In this document: piece after piece, positions 47,300-56,572 of the stretch
How positions within the stretch are numbered: position 1 is the first letter of the stretch
Layout: every line of letters starts with the position of its first letter
NCBI GenBank assembly: GCA_039809865.1
Contig: JBDHVW010000023.1
Location: forward strand, 14,947-78,946
Length of the DNA: 64,000 nucleotides
Direction of reading: 5' to 3'
Origin: Vulcanimicrobiota bacterium
Lineage (GTDB): Bacteria; Vulcanimicrobiota; Xenobia; Xenobiales; QWHO01
Notes under the pieces: model-generated
Told to the model about the DNA's origin: nothing
What the model saw: only the letters and a program-made list of their open reading frames with translations
Databases searched by the model: none
Program-made: the position numbers and the translations under genes

Positions 47300-48531
47300 G
47301 CACCCACACGCGTCTCACGCTCTGGTACGCCGGGGTGCTGGCCCTGGTGCTGCTGGTCTTCAGCCTGGGGACTTACTGGCTGCTGCGGCAGTCGCTCTAC
47401 ATGACGCTGGATGAGAGCCTGGAGAATCGCTCCCGCGACCTGGTCGGCCTGATCGCGGTGCGCCACGGCGTATTTCCCGGGATGATCCCCGACCCCGTCG
47501 ACCAGTACGTCCGCGTTTACGACGCGCAGGGCAAACTGGCGTTCTCGACTCCCCAGACCGCCAGCTATCGCGTGCGGCGCAGCGCCCTGCCGGACGGAGG
47601 CGTGCTGGAAGTGGGAATCGAGACCACCGAGGTTCAGGATCTGCTGTGGCGGCTGACCCTGGTTTGGCTCTGGACGATCCCCCTGTCGCTGCTGGTGGCC
47701 AGTCTGGTCGGCGCCTTCATGGCGCGCCGCGCCCTTCGGCCCATCGATGAGCTGACGCGAATGGCGCAGCGCATTACCGCCGAAGATCTGAGCCAGCGGA
47801 TCGACACCCGGATGGCCCAGGACGAGGTCGGGCGCCTGGCCACCACCCTGAATGCGATGATCGCGCGGCTGGAGAGCGCCTTTGCCCGCCAGCGCCAGTT
47901 TACCGCCGATGCTTCGCACGAGCTGCGCACTCCCCTGACGATTCTCAAAGGACAGCTCGACGTGGCTCTGCAGCGTGAGCGCACTCCCGAGGAGTATCGC
48001 GCGGCCCTGGTCTCGCTGGGGGAGCAGACGGACCGGATGATCCGCCTGGTGGGGAGTCTCCTGACCCTGTCGCGGGCCGAGTCGGGCCAGCTTTCGACCA
48101 CGTTCGAGCCCCTGGATGCCGGAGATCTCGTCACGGGCGCGGTGGAGCAGATGAGCATGCTGGCCGAGGAGCGCGGCGTGCCTCTGAGGGTCGAAGGGGG
48201 TCCTGTGGCCACCTTTCGAGGGGATGAAGATCTGCTGCTGCAGCTCATCCTGAACCTGATCGACAACGCCCTCAAAGCGGGTGGCAGCGTGACGGTGGGT
48301 TGGACCGAGCGCTCGTTGTGGGTCCGCGACACCGGGGTCGGCATCGCGCCCGAGCACCTGCCGCAGCTCTTCGAACGCTTTTACCGGGTGGACAAATCGC
48401 GCAGCCGTGCGGCCGGCGGCACCGGGCTGGGGCTGGCGATCGGGCACTGGATCGCCCAGGTGCACGGAGGGGCTCTGCGCGTGGAGAGCGCGCCGGGTCG
48501 GGGGTCCACGTTCCGGTTAGAGTTCAATTAG
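47296..48531 (+). CDS. Sensor histidine kinase (2 TM, HAMP, HisKA, HATPase_c)
   Basis: GTGA overlap with the RR. FTADASHELRTPLT H-box. GGTGLGLAI G2-box. Confidence 0.9.
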   Translation: MSTHTRLTLWYAGVLALVLLVFSLGTYWLLRQSLYMTLDESLENRSRDLVGLIAVRHGVFPGMIPDPVDQYVRVYDAQGKLAFSTPQTASYRVRRSALPDGGVLEVGIETTEVQDLLWRLTLVWLWTIPLSLLVASLVGAFMARRALRPIDELTRMAQRITAEDLSQRIDTRMAQDEVGRLATTLNAMIARLESAFARQRQFTADASHELRTPLTILKGQLDVALQRERTPEEYRAALVSLGEQTDRMIRLVGSLLTLSRAESGQLSTTFEPLDAGDLVTGAVEQMSMLAEERGVPLRVEGGPVATFRGDEDLLLQLILNLIDNALKAGGSVTVGWTERSLWVRDTGVGIAPEHLPQLFERFYRVDKSRSRAAGGTGLGLAIGHWIAQVHGGALRVESAPGRGSTFRLEFN

Positions 48532-49632
48532 GCAGAGGTCGTTGGCGTTGGTGCCCGTGGGGCCAGGCTTGAGGAGGGCGCCCACGGCCTCGAGCAGCGG
48601 GTAGGCGTTGTTTTCTTCCAGGTGCCTTTGGGGGTCGAAGCCCAGCGCGCGGGCCCTGGCGCAGGTCTCGCCGTCGACGATGGCCCCGGCCGCGTCGGTG
48701 GGGCCGTCGATGCCGTCGGAGCCGGCCGCCAGGAGGCGTGCGTTCTGGCCCTCGACCAGGAGGGCGAAGGCCAGGGCCAGCTCCTGGCAGCGGCCGCCTT
48801 TGCCGTCGTGGTTTTTGAGGGTGACGGTGGGCTCGCCGCTGGCCACCCATCGGCCCGGGGAAAGATGGGAGAGCTCTCGCGCCACCTGGCGGGCCTCGCC
48901 CTGCAGAGCCCAGGTCGCCAGTTGCGATCGGGGCCAGGCCGCGACGGCCGCCTGGGCCAGGGTCCGATTGTCGGCCAGAATCTTGTAGCGGCAACTTTCG
49001 AAGCACGGGTCGCCGGGCTTGACGGTCTCCTGGAACGGCAGGAAGGGAAGGTCGAGGCCGCGGCAGGCGTGCAAGGCGTCTTGCACCGTGGTCGGATCGG
49101 GCGCGGTGGGCCCGCTGGCGATGGCCTCGGGCGGGCTAAAGAGCACGTCGCTCAGCGCCAGCGTGTGGCACGGGGTCAGCCGGGCCAGGTGCCCCCCTTT
49201 TAGACGCGACAGGTGGCGTCGCACGACGTTGATCCGTTCGATGGGCACGCCCCCGGCCAGCAGGGCGCGGGTGGTCCGGCGCAGCTCCTCCAGCGTCACC
49301 CGGGGCGCCTCCGCCAGGGCGGAGCCGCCTCCCGAGAGGAGCACCAGCAGCTCCCCTTTCTGGGCAAACTCCAGGATGGCTTCACCGGCCGCGAGACTGC
49401 GCTCATCCGGCACGGGATGGGACCCGTGCAGCACCCGCACGCCGGGCAACTCTCCGCCGGGCGCCACCACCAGCACGTCTTGAAAGTGGCGCTGGTCCAG
49501 GGCCGCTCGGGTCATGGGAAGGGCCGCCTTGCCCAGAGCCAGCAGGTAAGGGGGAGCCTGAGAGAGGTCCTCGGCGGCGACGAGCCGGTAAGGATCGACC
49601 GCGTCAATGGCGGCTCGATAGATGGCTTCCAC
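48517..49632 (-). CDS. Glycerate kinase, MOFRL family
   Basis: VLLSGGGSALAE motif and family-like N-terminus VVEAIYRAAIDAVDPY. GTG 49632 chosen. The track start 49842 would overlap the vapC gene by 210 nt. Confidence 0.65.
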   Translation of the reverse strand: MEAIYRAAIDAVDPYRLVAAEDLSQAPPYLLALGKAALPMTRAALDQRHFQDVLVVAPGGELPGVRVLHGSHPVPDERSLAAGEAILEFAQKGELLVLLSGGGSALAEAPRVTLEELRRTTRALLAGGVPIERINVVRRHLSRLKGGHLARLTPCHTLALSDVLFSPPEAIASGPTAPDPTTVQDALHACRGLDLPFLPFQETVKPGDPCFESCRYKILADNRTLAQAAVAAWPRSQLATWALQGEARQVARELSHLSPGRWVASGEPTVTLKNHDGKGGRCQELALAFALLVEGQNARLLAAGSDGIDGPTDAAGAIVDGETCARARALGFDPQRHLEENNAYPLLEAVGALLKPGPTGTNANDLCLIEL

Positions 49633-50076
49633 TACGTGGCTGGTGGGACCAGCTCGAACCCCAGTGCCGAAGCATTCTCGCGAAGGCGGTTGTCGAGACT
49701 CACCAGCTTGAGGTCGGGGACATCTGTGCGAGCCAGAGCTAGAGTTGCCAGGTGGATCGAGTCCAGGCTGCGCAAAGGCTCGCGCGGCCAGGGCAAGCCA
49801 GCGCGTGCAAGAACTGGCTTGGTGATGCCCCAGAGGTCCCATTCTCTGGCCAGATGGTGGAGGTCAGACTGGCGGCGCGAGGCAGAATTTTCGCCAATGG
49901 AACCAGCGGCGACAAGTCTAACCAACATTCGTTGGCACTCCAAAATCGTTAGCTCAGAAGCAAGAACCCGCTTTGCCTCACGTAGGCGTTTGGCTACGTT
50001 CTCGCGATCCGGTTCGTTGAGCAACCAACGGAGAACCGCGCTGCTGTCGGCATAGAGAGACTCAACGATCGCCACG
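49632..50076 (-). CDS. vapC: PIN-domain ribonuclease toxin (VapC-like)
   Basis: VAIVESLYADSSAVLRWLL start region typical of PIN toxins. GTG 50076 overlaps the antitoxin 3' end by 15 nt. Confidence 0.7.
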
Positions 50077-50346
50077 ATCTTCCTCGAGAAGACGAGCGGC
50101 GGTGCCTGCCGGAAAGGAAAAATCGGCCTCCGGGTAGGAGTTGGGGTTATTTCCTGTACCCAACCTGACCAGGCCCTTTCGGGCTGATTCGAGCAATCCC
50201 GGATAAGGGAAATCCTCCTGCTGGGGCGGTTTGAGCTCGGCAATAATCTCTCCCCGGTCGGTCACCACGAGGGTCTCCCCACCGCGAACCAACCGGAGAT
50301 AATGGCTCAGCCTGTTTTTCAACTCCCGAACACCGACGGTCGTCAT
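50062..50346 (-). CDS. Phd/YefM-family antitoxin
   Basis: MTTVGVRELKNRLSHYLRLVRGGETLVVTDRGEIIAEL is canonical Phd/YefM. Confidence 0.75.
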   Translation of the reverse strand: MTTVGVRELKNRLSHYLRLVRGGETLVVTDRGEIIAELKPPQQEDFPYPGLLESARKGLVRLGTGNNPNSYPEADFSFPAGTAARLLEEDRGDR

Positions 50347-50444
50347 ACGTTCATTGTAGCCTCGTGTGGCTACCACGGCAAGACTCGTTGGAGTGTAACA
50401 TCCTGGCAATCTCATGCACCCCTGTCATGGAGGACCTTAGGGCC

Positions 50445-52316
50445 ATGTCTTCACCGCCTGAAAAGATGCTCACTGCGGTCGCGCCCGACGCGATCGAGAT
50501 CCAATCGCAGACGCAACCGGTGTCCGAGATCGGCACCTTCAATCCCGAGCCCGGGGACGGGCCCCTCTACACGCCCGCCCGCAACGAGCTGCAGCTCACC
50601 TTCCGCGCCGTGGCCGTGGGCTGCCTGCTGGGCGCCATCGTGGCTGCCATGAACATCTACTTCGGCCTGCAGACCGGGTGGTCGATGGGCGGCTCTCTCA
50701 TCGCCGCCATTCTGGGCTACAGCGTGTTCGCGGTGCTCAAGCCGAAGAAAGCGTTCACGCCGCTCGAGACCAACATCGCCCAGACCGCCGGCAGTGCGGC
50801 CGGCGCCATGGCCAGCGCCGCCGGACTGCTTTCCGCCGTGCCTGCGATGACGATGCTGGGCCACAAGTTCAGCTACCTCGAGCTCACCGCCTGGGCGGCC
50901 TCGGTGGCCGGGCTGGGCATCTTCTACGCTATCCCGCTGCGCAAGCAGATGGTGCTGGTCGAGAAACTGCGCTTCCCCAGCGGCACCGCCACCGGCCAGA
51001 CCATCGCCTCGATGTACAGCTCGGGTGGCGACGCCGTCCGCAAGTCCAGCTGGCTGGTGAAGACCGCCATCGGCGCGGCCCTCTTCACGCTGGTCGCGTT
51101 CTTCGTGCCCCAGGTGGCCGAGGTGCCGCTGCACAAGTGGGTGGCCGCAGCCGCGCTGGTCTGGCTGGCCGACCTGGGCTTCAAGCTCTATCTCAGCCCG
51201 ATGATGTTCGGCGCCGGCATCCTGATCGGCGCCCGCACGGGCCTGTCGCTGCTGGGCGGCGCCATCGTCAGCTGGGGCCTCCTCGGACCTTTCGTGCGCA
51301 CGATGGGCTGGGCCCCCGGGGCCGCCATGAGCTACGAGGATGGCATCCGCGGCTGGATTCTCTGGCCCGGCGTGGCCCTGATGGTGGGCGACGCGCTGGC
51401 AGGACTCGGCCTCTCGTGGCGCTCGATCCTCGAGACCCTGCGCCCCAAGAAGGCCCAGGGCAGCGCGCTCGAGACCGCCGCCCCGGGCGAGCAGGTGCCG
51501 GGCTGGTGGTTCGCAGCCGGGCTCGCGGCCACGTCAGTGCTGACGATTTCGGCGGCCTATTTTGTCTTCGGCATCGCCCCCTGGCTGACGGTCATCGCCA
51601 TCGCGATCTCCGCCCTCCTGTCGGCGATCGCCACGCGCTGCACGGGCGAGTGTGACATCAACCCCATCGGCGGCATGGGCAAGGTGACCCAGCTGCTCTA
51701 CGGCGGCCTGGCCCCCGGTCACATGGGCGCCAACCTGATGTGCGCCGCCATCACGGGCGCGGGCGCCTCCAAAGCCGGCGACATCATGCACGACCTGAAG
51801 ACCGGCTGGTTGCTGGGAGCTTCCCCGCGCAAGCAGGTCATCGCCCAGTTGTTTGGCGTGCTCGCTGGCATCCTGGTGTGCGTGCCGATCTACATCCTCT
51901 TCGACCACGCCTTCGTCATCGGCGGGGACAAGCTGCCGGCTCCGGCCGCTCACGCCTGGAAGGCGATGGCGGAGCTGCTCTCCAAGGGCGTCGAGTCGAT
52001 GCCGCCGCATTCGCTGCCGGCCGCGATGATCGCGCTCTGCCTCGGCGCGGCCATCCCGGTGCTGCGCCACTTCTGGCCGGCGGGCAAACCCTATCTGCCG
52101 TCCGGAATGGCCATGGGAATCGCGTTCATCGTGCAGCCCTACTTCAGCATGACGATGTGCGCCGGCGCCCTGGTCTACCTGCTCTGGCAGCGCCGCAATG
52201 CCGCCTTCGCCACCGCGCTGGGCTTCTCGCTGGCCTCCGGCCTCATCGCCGGCGACGGCCTGACGGGAGTGCTGACGGCGGTGCTCAAGCTGCTCGGCCT
52301 GGGAGCACTCACCTGA
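50445..52316 (+). CDS. OPT-family oligopeptide transporter
   Basis: IAQTAGSAAG and ECDINPIGGMGKVTQL OPT signatures, about 16 TM. ATG 50445 with GGAGGA 9 nt upstream. Confidence 0.85.
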   Translation: MSSPPEKMLTAVAPDAIEIQSQTQPVSEIGTFNPEPGDGPLYTPARNELQLTFRAVAVGCLLGAIVAAMNIYFGLQTGWSMGGSLIAAILGYSVFAVLKPKKAFTPLETNIAQTAGSAAGAMASAAGLLSAVPAMTMLGHKFSYLELTAWAASVAGLGIFYAIPLRKQMVLVEKLRFPSGTATGQTIASMYSSGGDAVRKSSWLVKTAIGAALFTLVAFFVPQVAEVPLHKWVAAAALVWLADLGFKLYLSPMMFGAGILIGARTGLSLLGGAIVSWGLLGPFVRTMGWAPGAAMSYEDGIRGWILWPGVALMVGDALAGLGLSWRSILETLRPKKAQGSALETAAPGEQVPGWWFAAGLAATSVLTISAAYFVFGIAPWLTVIAIAISALLSAIATRCTGECDINPIGGMGKVTQLLYGGLAPGHMGANLMCAAITGAGASKAGDIMHDLKTGWLLGASPRKQVIAQLFGVLAGILVCVPIYILFDHAFVIGGDKLPAPAAHAWKAMAELLSKGVESMPPHSLPAAMIALCLGAAIPVLRHFWPAGKPYLPSGMAMGIAFIVQPYFSMTMCAGALVYLLWQRRNAAFATALGFSLASGLIAGDGLTGVLTAVLKLLGLGALT

Positions 52317-52579
52317 GTCTCACCTTCGCCGAGTTCCAGCAGTTCATCCGCGCCCGTTACGGTCCCCGTGACGAGGCGCGGGGCACGCCCGCCAACTTCA
52401 TGTGGTTGATGGAGGAGATCGGCGAGCTGGCCACCGCTCTGCAAAGAGGCGAGGGGATGGCCGAGGAGTTCGCCGACGTCCTCGGCTGGCTCACCACGCT
52501 GGCCAACCAGAACGGCGTCGACCTGGAGCAGGCGTTGCGCGGCAAGTATCTCGAGGGCGGCGGACAGCTGCACAAGTGA
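52313..52579 (+). CDS. MazG-like nucleotide pyrophosphohydrolase (small single-domain type)
   Basis: LTFAEFQQFIRARYGPRD...WLMEEIGELATAL...EEFADVLGWLTTLANQNGVDLEQAL matches the MazG EEXXE/D fold. No ATG/GTG/TTG is available after the OPT stop, so the start is a CTG or the locus is damaged. Confidence 0.5.
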   Translation: MSLTFAEFQQFIRARYGPRDEARGTPANFMWLMEEIGELATALQRGEGMAEEFADVLGWLTTLANQNGVDLEQALRGKYLEGGGQLHK

Positions 52580-53022
52580 TCGAGCCCGAGCAGACCGAGG
52601 AAGCTCTCTTCATGGTGCCCCAGACGGACCTCGAGGAGAAGTTCGTGCTCTGGTTCTCGTTTCAGAACGATCTGCAACGGGTGCGCCGGGGGCGGCGCGA
52701 GTGCCTGAAATTCCCGCCCAGCAACGACCCAGAGCTGGCGACCCGCAACGTCTACCAGGCCTATCGCGAATTCTGCCAGCAATTCCGGTATGTGGAGATC
52801 CCCAACCTGTATGGCATGGAGCCCGAGAAGGCCCAGCAAAGCCTGCGCCAGCTGGGCCTGGCCTGGAAATTCGAGGAGGGGCGCCACGATCGGCGCTATC
52901 CGGTGGGCACGGTCGTGAGCCAGCGACCCGCGCCCGGTGCGGCCGCCCGCGTGGAGGGGGTCGTCTACCTGGGCTTGAATCAGGGTGACCTCAACCAGGC
53001 TTTGAAGCGGCCTAAGCTTTAG
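52576..53022 (+). CDS. Hypothetical protein with C-terminal PASTA-like segment
   Basis: GTGA overlap with the MazG-like stop. Confidence 0.45.
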   Translation: MIEPEQTEEALFMVPQTDLEEKFVLWFSFQNDLQRVRRGRRECLKFPPSNDPELATRNVYQAYREFCQQFRYVEIPNLYGMEPEKAQQSLRQLGLAWKFEEGRHDRRYPVGTVVSQRPAPGAAARVEGVVYLGLNQGDLNQALKRPKL

Positions 53023-53230
53023 GGTCCGTCGGCCGATAAGTCAGAATGTAACAAGTTCGAACGGGGGAAGGGAGCCACACACCGGCGTGGGAAACGAAAA
53101 TGCAGTCCACCGAACAACACTGACCGGGGCGGTCGCAGCTTTGGACGGAAAAGGAACTGTGGGGGTTGTGAGCAAAGACCGAAAGCAGTCCAGCAATCTA
53201 CAAGGGGGGAAAGCGACCATTATTCGCGTC

Positions 53231-53872
53231 ATGGTGGTTGATGACCACCTTCTCTTCCGGGAAGGCATCCGCAGCTTGCTGCGCGGTCATGAGGACGTCG
53301 AAGTGGTGGCCGAGGCCTCCGGGGGTCATCAGGCTCTGGAGCTGGCGCGCGAGGTCGCGCCCGATGTCATCCTGCTCGACCTCAACATGCCCGGCATGGA
53401 CGGCATCGAAGCCTGCGTTCGCTTCAAAGCCGAGCTCCCGACCACGAAGATCGTCATTCTCACCGTGTCCCGAGACCTGGCATCGATTTTCCAGGCCGTG
53501 AAGGCGGGCGCCAGTGGCTTCCTCACCAAGGATACCGGCTCCAACGAGCTGGTGGAGACCGTGCGCCGCGTCTTCCACGAGGGCAACCTGCTCGAGCCCA
53601 TGCTGGCCGACCGGCTGCTGGCCGAGTTCAGCCACCTCTCCGAGATGACCCGCCGCGAGGGTCTCGAGCCCGGCCTGTTCGCCACCCTGAGCCCGCGCGA
53701 GCAGGAGATTCTCAAGCTCGTCGCCGGCGGCAAGCCCAACAAGGTGATCGCCTCGGAGCTGGCCATCAGCGAGCACACCGTGCGCAATCACATCTCCAAC
53801 ATCTTCCAGAAGCTCCAGGTCAATAACCGCACCGAAGCCACCGTGCTGGCGATGAAGAAGGGCCTGATCTAA
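53231..53872 (+). CDS. NarL/FixJ-family response regulator (REC + LuxR-type HTH)
   Basis: MVVDDHLLFREG...ILLDLNMPGMDG...SPREQEILKLVAGGKPNKVIASELAISEHTVRNH. Alternative GTG start 53087 would add a 48-aa N-terminal extension. Confidence 0.85.
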   Translation: MVVDDHLLFREGIRSLLRGHEDVEVVAEASGGHQALELAREVAPDVILLDLNMPGMDGIEACVRFKAELPTTKIVILTVSRDLASIFQAVKAGASGFLTKDTGSNELVETVRRVFHEGNLLEPMLADRLLAEFSHLSEMTRREGLEPGLFATLSPREQEILKLVAGGKPNKVIASELAISEHTVRNHISNIFQKLQVNNRTEATVLAMKKGLI

Positions 53873-56550
53873 CTCCGGCGGCGCAGCCGCACGCTGCCCA
53901 CGCCCACGTGGGTGGGCGTCTCCTCGATGCCGCTGCTGGGCACGGCGCCCGGTAGCTCAATCTTGCCCAGCACGCGGTCCAGAGCAGCCGAGTGCTCCAG
54001 GCCCTGCGCCCGCAGCGCGACGATCTCTTCCAGGGCCTGGGCGACTTGCACGGGCTCGACTTCAAGCTCCTCTTCGAAGAGCTTCCCGGCTTTGAGTCGG
54101 TCCTGCACCTCGAAGAAGAGGCGGCCCGGCTCGTCCTGACCCATCAGGGCGCGGGTGGCCCGTAACCCCTGGACCGGTCCGAGCGCACCCACCGTCTCGC
54201 CCACCCAGCCGGTAGCGTTTTCGGCCCAGGCTTTCACACTCGAGGCCGGATTCTGCGGATCGGCCAGTTGGTAACAGTCATCCAGCCAGGTCAGGCGTTG
54301 CTCCTCGGAGTGGCCCTTCTCGGCCAGCCACGCGTCATTCTGGCTGCGGAGACGGGCTTTGAGGACGTGGCTCGTCTGCAGGGACTCGCCCTCGAGTTTC
54401 GAGTCGCGCCCTGGCAGCAGCTTGCGCATCGACTCCAGCAACTCGGGACGCCCCATGGAGCTACCCAGGCGAATCTCTCGCACGCCCTCGGGACCCAGCT
54501 GGTCCAGTGTCAGTCCGCGCGCCGCCTGGCGCTCGAAGCGTTGGGCTAACTCGGAGGCCAGGCGGTCGGCCGCATCGGGCTCGAGGGCGTTGAGGGCAGC
54601 GTGAGTCTGGCGATTGAACTCGCCGCTGCCTCGCAGGCCCGCTATCAGCCCGTAGGCCTTGATCGCTGCCTCCAGGCGGCCGTCCAGCGACGTAGACCGG
54701 TGGGCGAACTCCTGCCAGAGCTTGTCCGAGCGAGCGTTGCGCAGAGGCTCCACCAGTCCGTTCAGATGCTCGTGGTCGTTGGGGAGTGCCTTCTCGAGCA
54801 GCCCGTCCAGCTTCTCGCGCATCGCTTGCGAGAGGCTCATCGAGCCCAGCACCGCAAAGCGGGTGCGCCTGTCGGCCGGCAGGTCCACCAGCTTCCTGCA
54901 GTCGCGCAGGTCAGCCTCGATCGGCTCGAGCAGTCGCTGCTCCAGCGCTTTGTCAGGCTCGGGGGCGATCAGCTTGAAGAGATGCCTGGGCCAGGTTTCG
55001 TTTGCACACGTGAAGCGCTTGTCTGAGCCGGGAGCCCCCAGCAGGTGGTCCACCAGCGCGTCGGGCACCCGTTGGAGCTTGCCCTGGCGGTCGGCCATGA
55101 CCTGACCGTCGAGGAAGTGCGGGTCCCGCCCGACAAACGAAGACAAGGCCTGCAATCCGGGCTCGAACGAGCCGCTGTTCCACAACGCGATGCGGTCGGC
55201 AGCCTCGTCGGGACCGCTGTTGAGCCAGGTGATCATCCAGTCGCGCTCCAACTGGTCAGGCTCCCACCCGTGCTCTCCCGCCCGGCCCAGAATTCTCCAG
55301 ACGCCGCCGCTCGGAATGGCGTTGCTTTCCTCCACGCCCCGCATGACCATCTTGACGCTGGGCCCTACCAGCGCGGGCTTTTTCTCCCACATCATCTTCA
55401 ACACGTAGCCGGCGGCGTCAGCGGCGCCGGCATTGGTGTCGAACAGCAGCGGCGCCATCTGGCGCAACAGGCGCTCATCCACCACTTCCGGAAAGGCCGT
55501 GATCAGCTCGCGGTAGCAGGTGCTCACCGCGTCCGAGTTCCCGCCGCGTGAATCAGGGCCCAACCCGTTGAGCGCCTCCGACGCGGTGCCGAGCCGGCTC
55601 ATTTCCGCCACGTGCGGGCGCAGGGCTGCAGCCAGCCTGGGATTGTCCTTGCAACCCTCGAGGAGACCGGCCAGGAGTTTGATCGGTGCCGGCTCGTCGC
55701 AGCGCGACAGGACTTCTTGCACCAGCAACCCCGCCAGCTCGTTGCCGCCGGCCAGATTGCGGTTGAGCATCGTCACCAGCAGATCGGGCTTGTTCATGGA
55801 GACGATCGTGTCCGCCTCGCCGCCCGGACCGTGAACCTCTGCCAGACGGTTTCCGCGCACCGCCAGCTTGCCGAGACCCGTCAGGTCGAGGCTGCCCGGC
55901 TCGCGGCCGGTCACTTCGCACAATCCGTCACGCCACCAGCCATTGAGAACTTCAGTGGCGCGTGTGGCTAACTCGGCCGCAACGGTCCGGTTGGCATCTT
56001 CGACTTCAGCCGTGCGGGAATGCTGCTGCAAGTTGCGGACAGCCGACAACATCGTCCTGAGCGCTCGAGGAGTGGCTTTCCCCTCGGCTCGCACCGCGTC
56101 ATCGAGCGAGGCGAGCGCCGGGTCGACCTTTTGGGCTTCGACGGTGCGGAACTTGCCCACGAACATGGTGCTGAGATTCAGCTGGGCCGCGGAGCCGTTC
56201 AAATGGCCGTGCTGGGCCAGGTATTTTTCGCCCTGGGAAAGCCCCTCCAGGTAGCCGTACTTACGGCTGGCCATGGCGCGCAGGTGGGGATCGCTCGAGC
56301 CCAGCCAGGGAAGTGCGCTCTGGGGGGCCTGCTTGAACAGCTCGGGAAGTGCTATCTGGCGTTCGGCCACCCGGCGGGCGAGCATCCAATCGGCCCCGGG
56401 GTTGGCCGGACGCACGGGCTTCTCGGGGGCAGTCTCCTGGGATGAGGAAGCAAAGCTATCGCGCGGGTCCCTGGGGCCGGTCTCCTGGGCAGTGGCCGCG
56501 TTCGTCGGGCGAACGTAGCTGTCCAGACTCTGGGGGGAGTGGATCTTCAT
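53869..56550 (-). CDS. Large hypothetical protein (893 aa), mostly helical, no recognisable domain
   Basis: ATG 56550 (MKIHSPQSLDSYVRPT), 20 nt after the stop of the upstream YiiX-like gene. The upstream 200 codons of the track ORF are the off-frame shadow of that gene. Confidence 0.55.
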   Translation of the reverse strand: MKIHSPQSLDSYVRPTNAATAQETGPRDPRDSFASSSQETAPEKPVRPANPGADWMLARRVAERQIALPELFKQAPQSALPWLGSSDPHLRAMASRKYGYLEGLSQGEKYLAQHGHLNGSAAQLNLSTMFVGKFRTVEAQKVDPALASLDDAVRAEGKATPRALRTMLSAVRNLQQHSRTAEVEDANRTVAAELATRATEVLNGWWRDGLCEVTGREPGSLDLTGLGKLAVRGNRLAEVHGPGGEADTIVSMNKPDLLVTMLNRNLAGGNELAGLLVQEVLSRCDEPAPIKLLAGLLEGCKDNPRLAAALRPHVAEMSRLGTASEALNGLGPDSRGGNSDAVSTCYRELITAFPEVVDERLLRQMAPLLFDTNAGAADAAGYVLKMMWEKKPALVGPSVKMVMRGVEESNAIPSGGVWRILGRAGEHGWEPDQLERDWMITWLNSGPDEAADRIALWNSGSFEPGLQALSSFVGRDPHFLDGQVMADRQGKLQRVPDALVDHLLGAPGSDKRFTCANETWPRHLFKLIAPEPDKALEQRLLEPIEADLRDCRKLVDLPADRRTRFAVLGSMSLSQAMREKLDGLLEKALPNDHEHLNGLVEPLRNARSDKLWQEFAHRSTSLDGRLEAAIKAYGLIAGLRGSGEFNRQTHAALNALEPDAADRLASELAQRFERQAARGLTLDQLGPEGVREIRLGSSMGRPELLESMRKLLPGRDSKLEGESLQTSHVLKARLRSQNDAWLAEKGHSEEQRLTWLDDCYQLADPQNPASSVKAWAENATGWVGETVGALGPVQGLRATRALMGQDEPGRLFFEVQDRLKAGKLFEEELEVEPVQVAQALEEIVALRAQGLEHSAALDRVLGKIELPGAVPSSGIEETPTHVGVGSVRLRRRS

Positions 56551-56572
56551 TCCGAACGATTGACCCGCCCCG

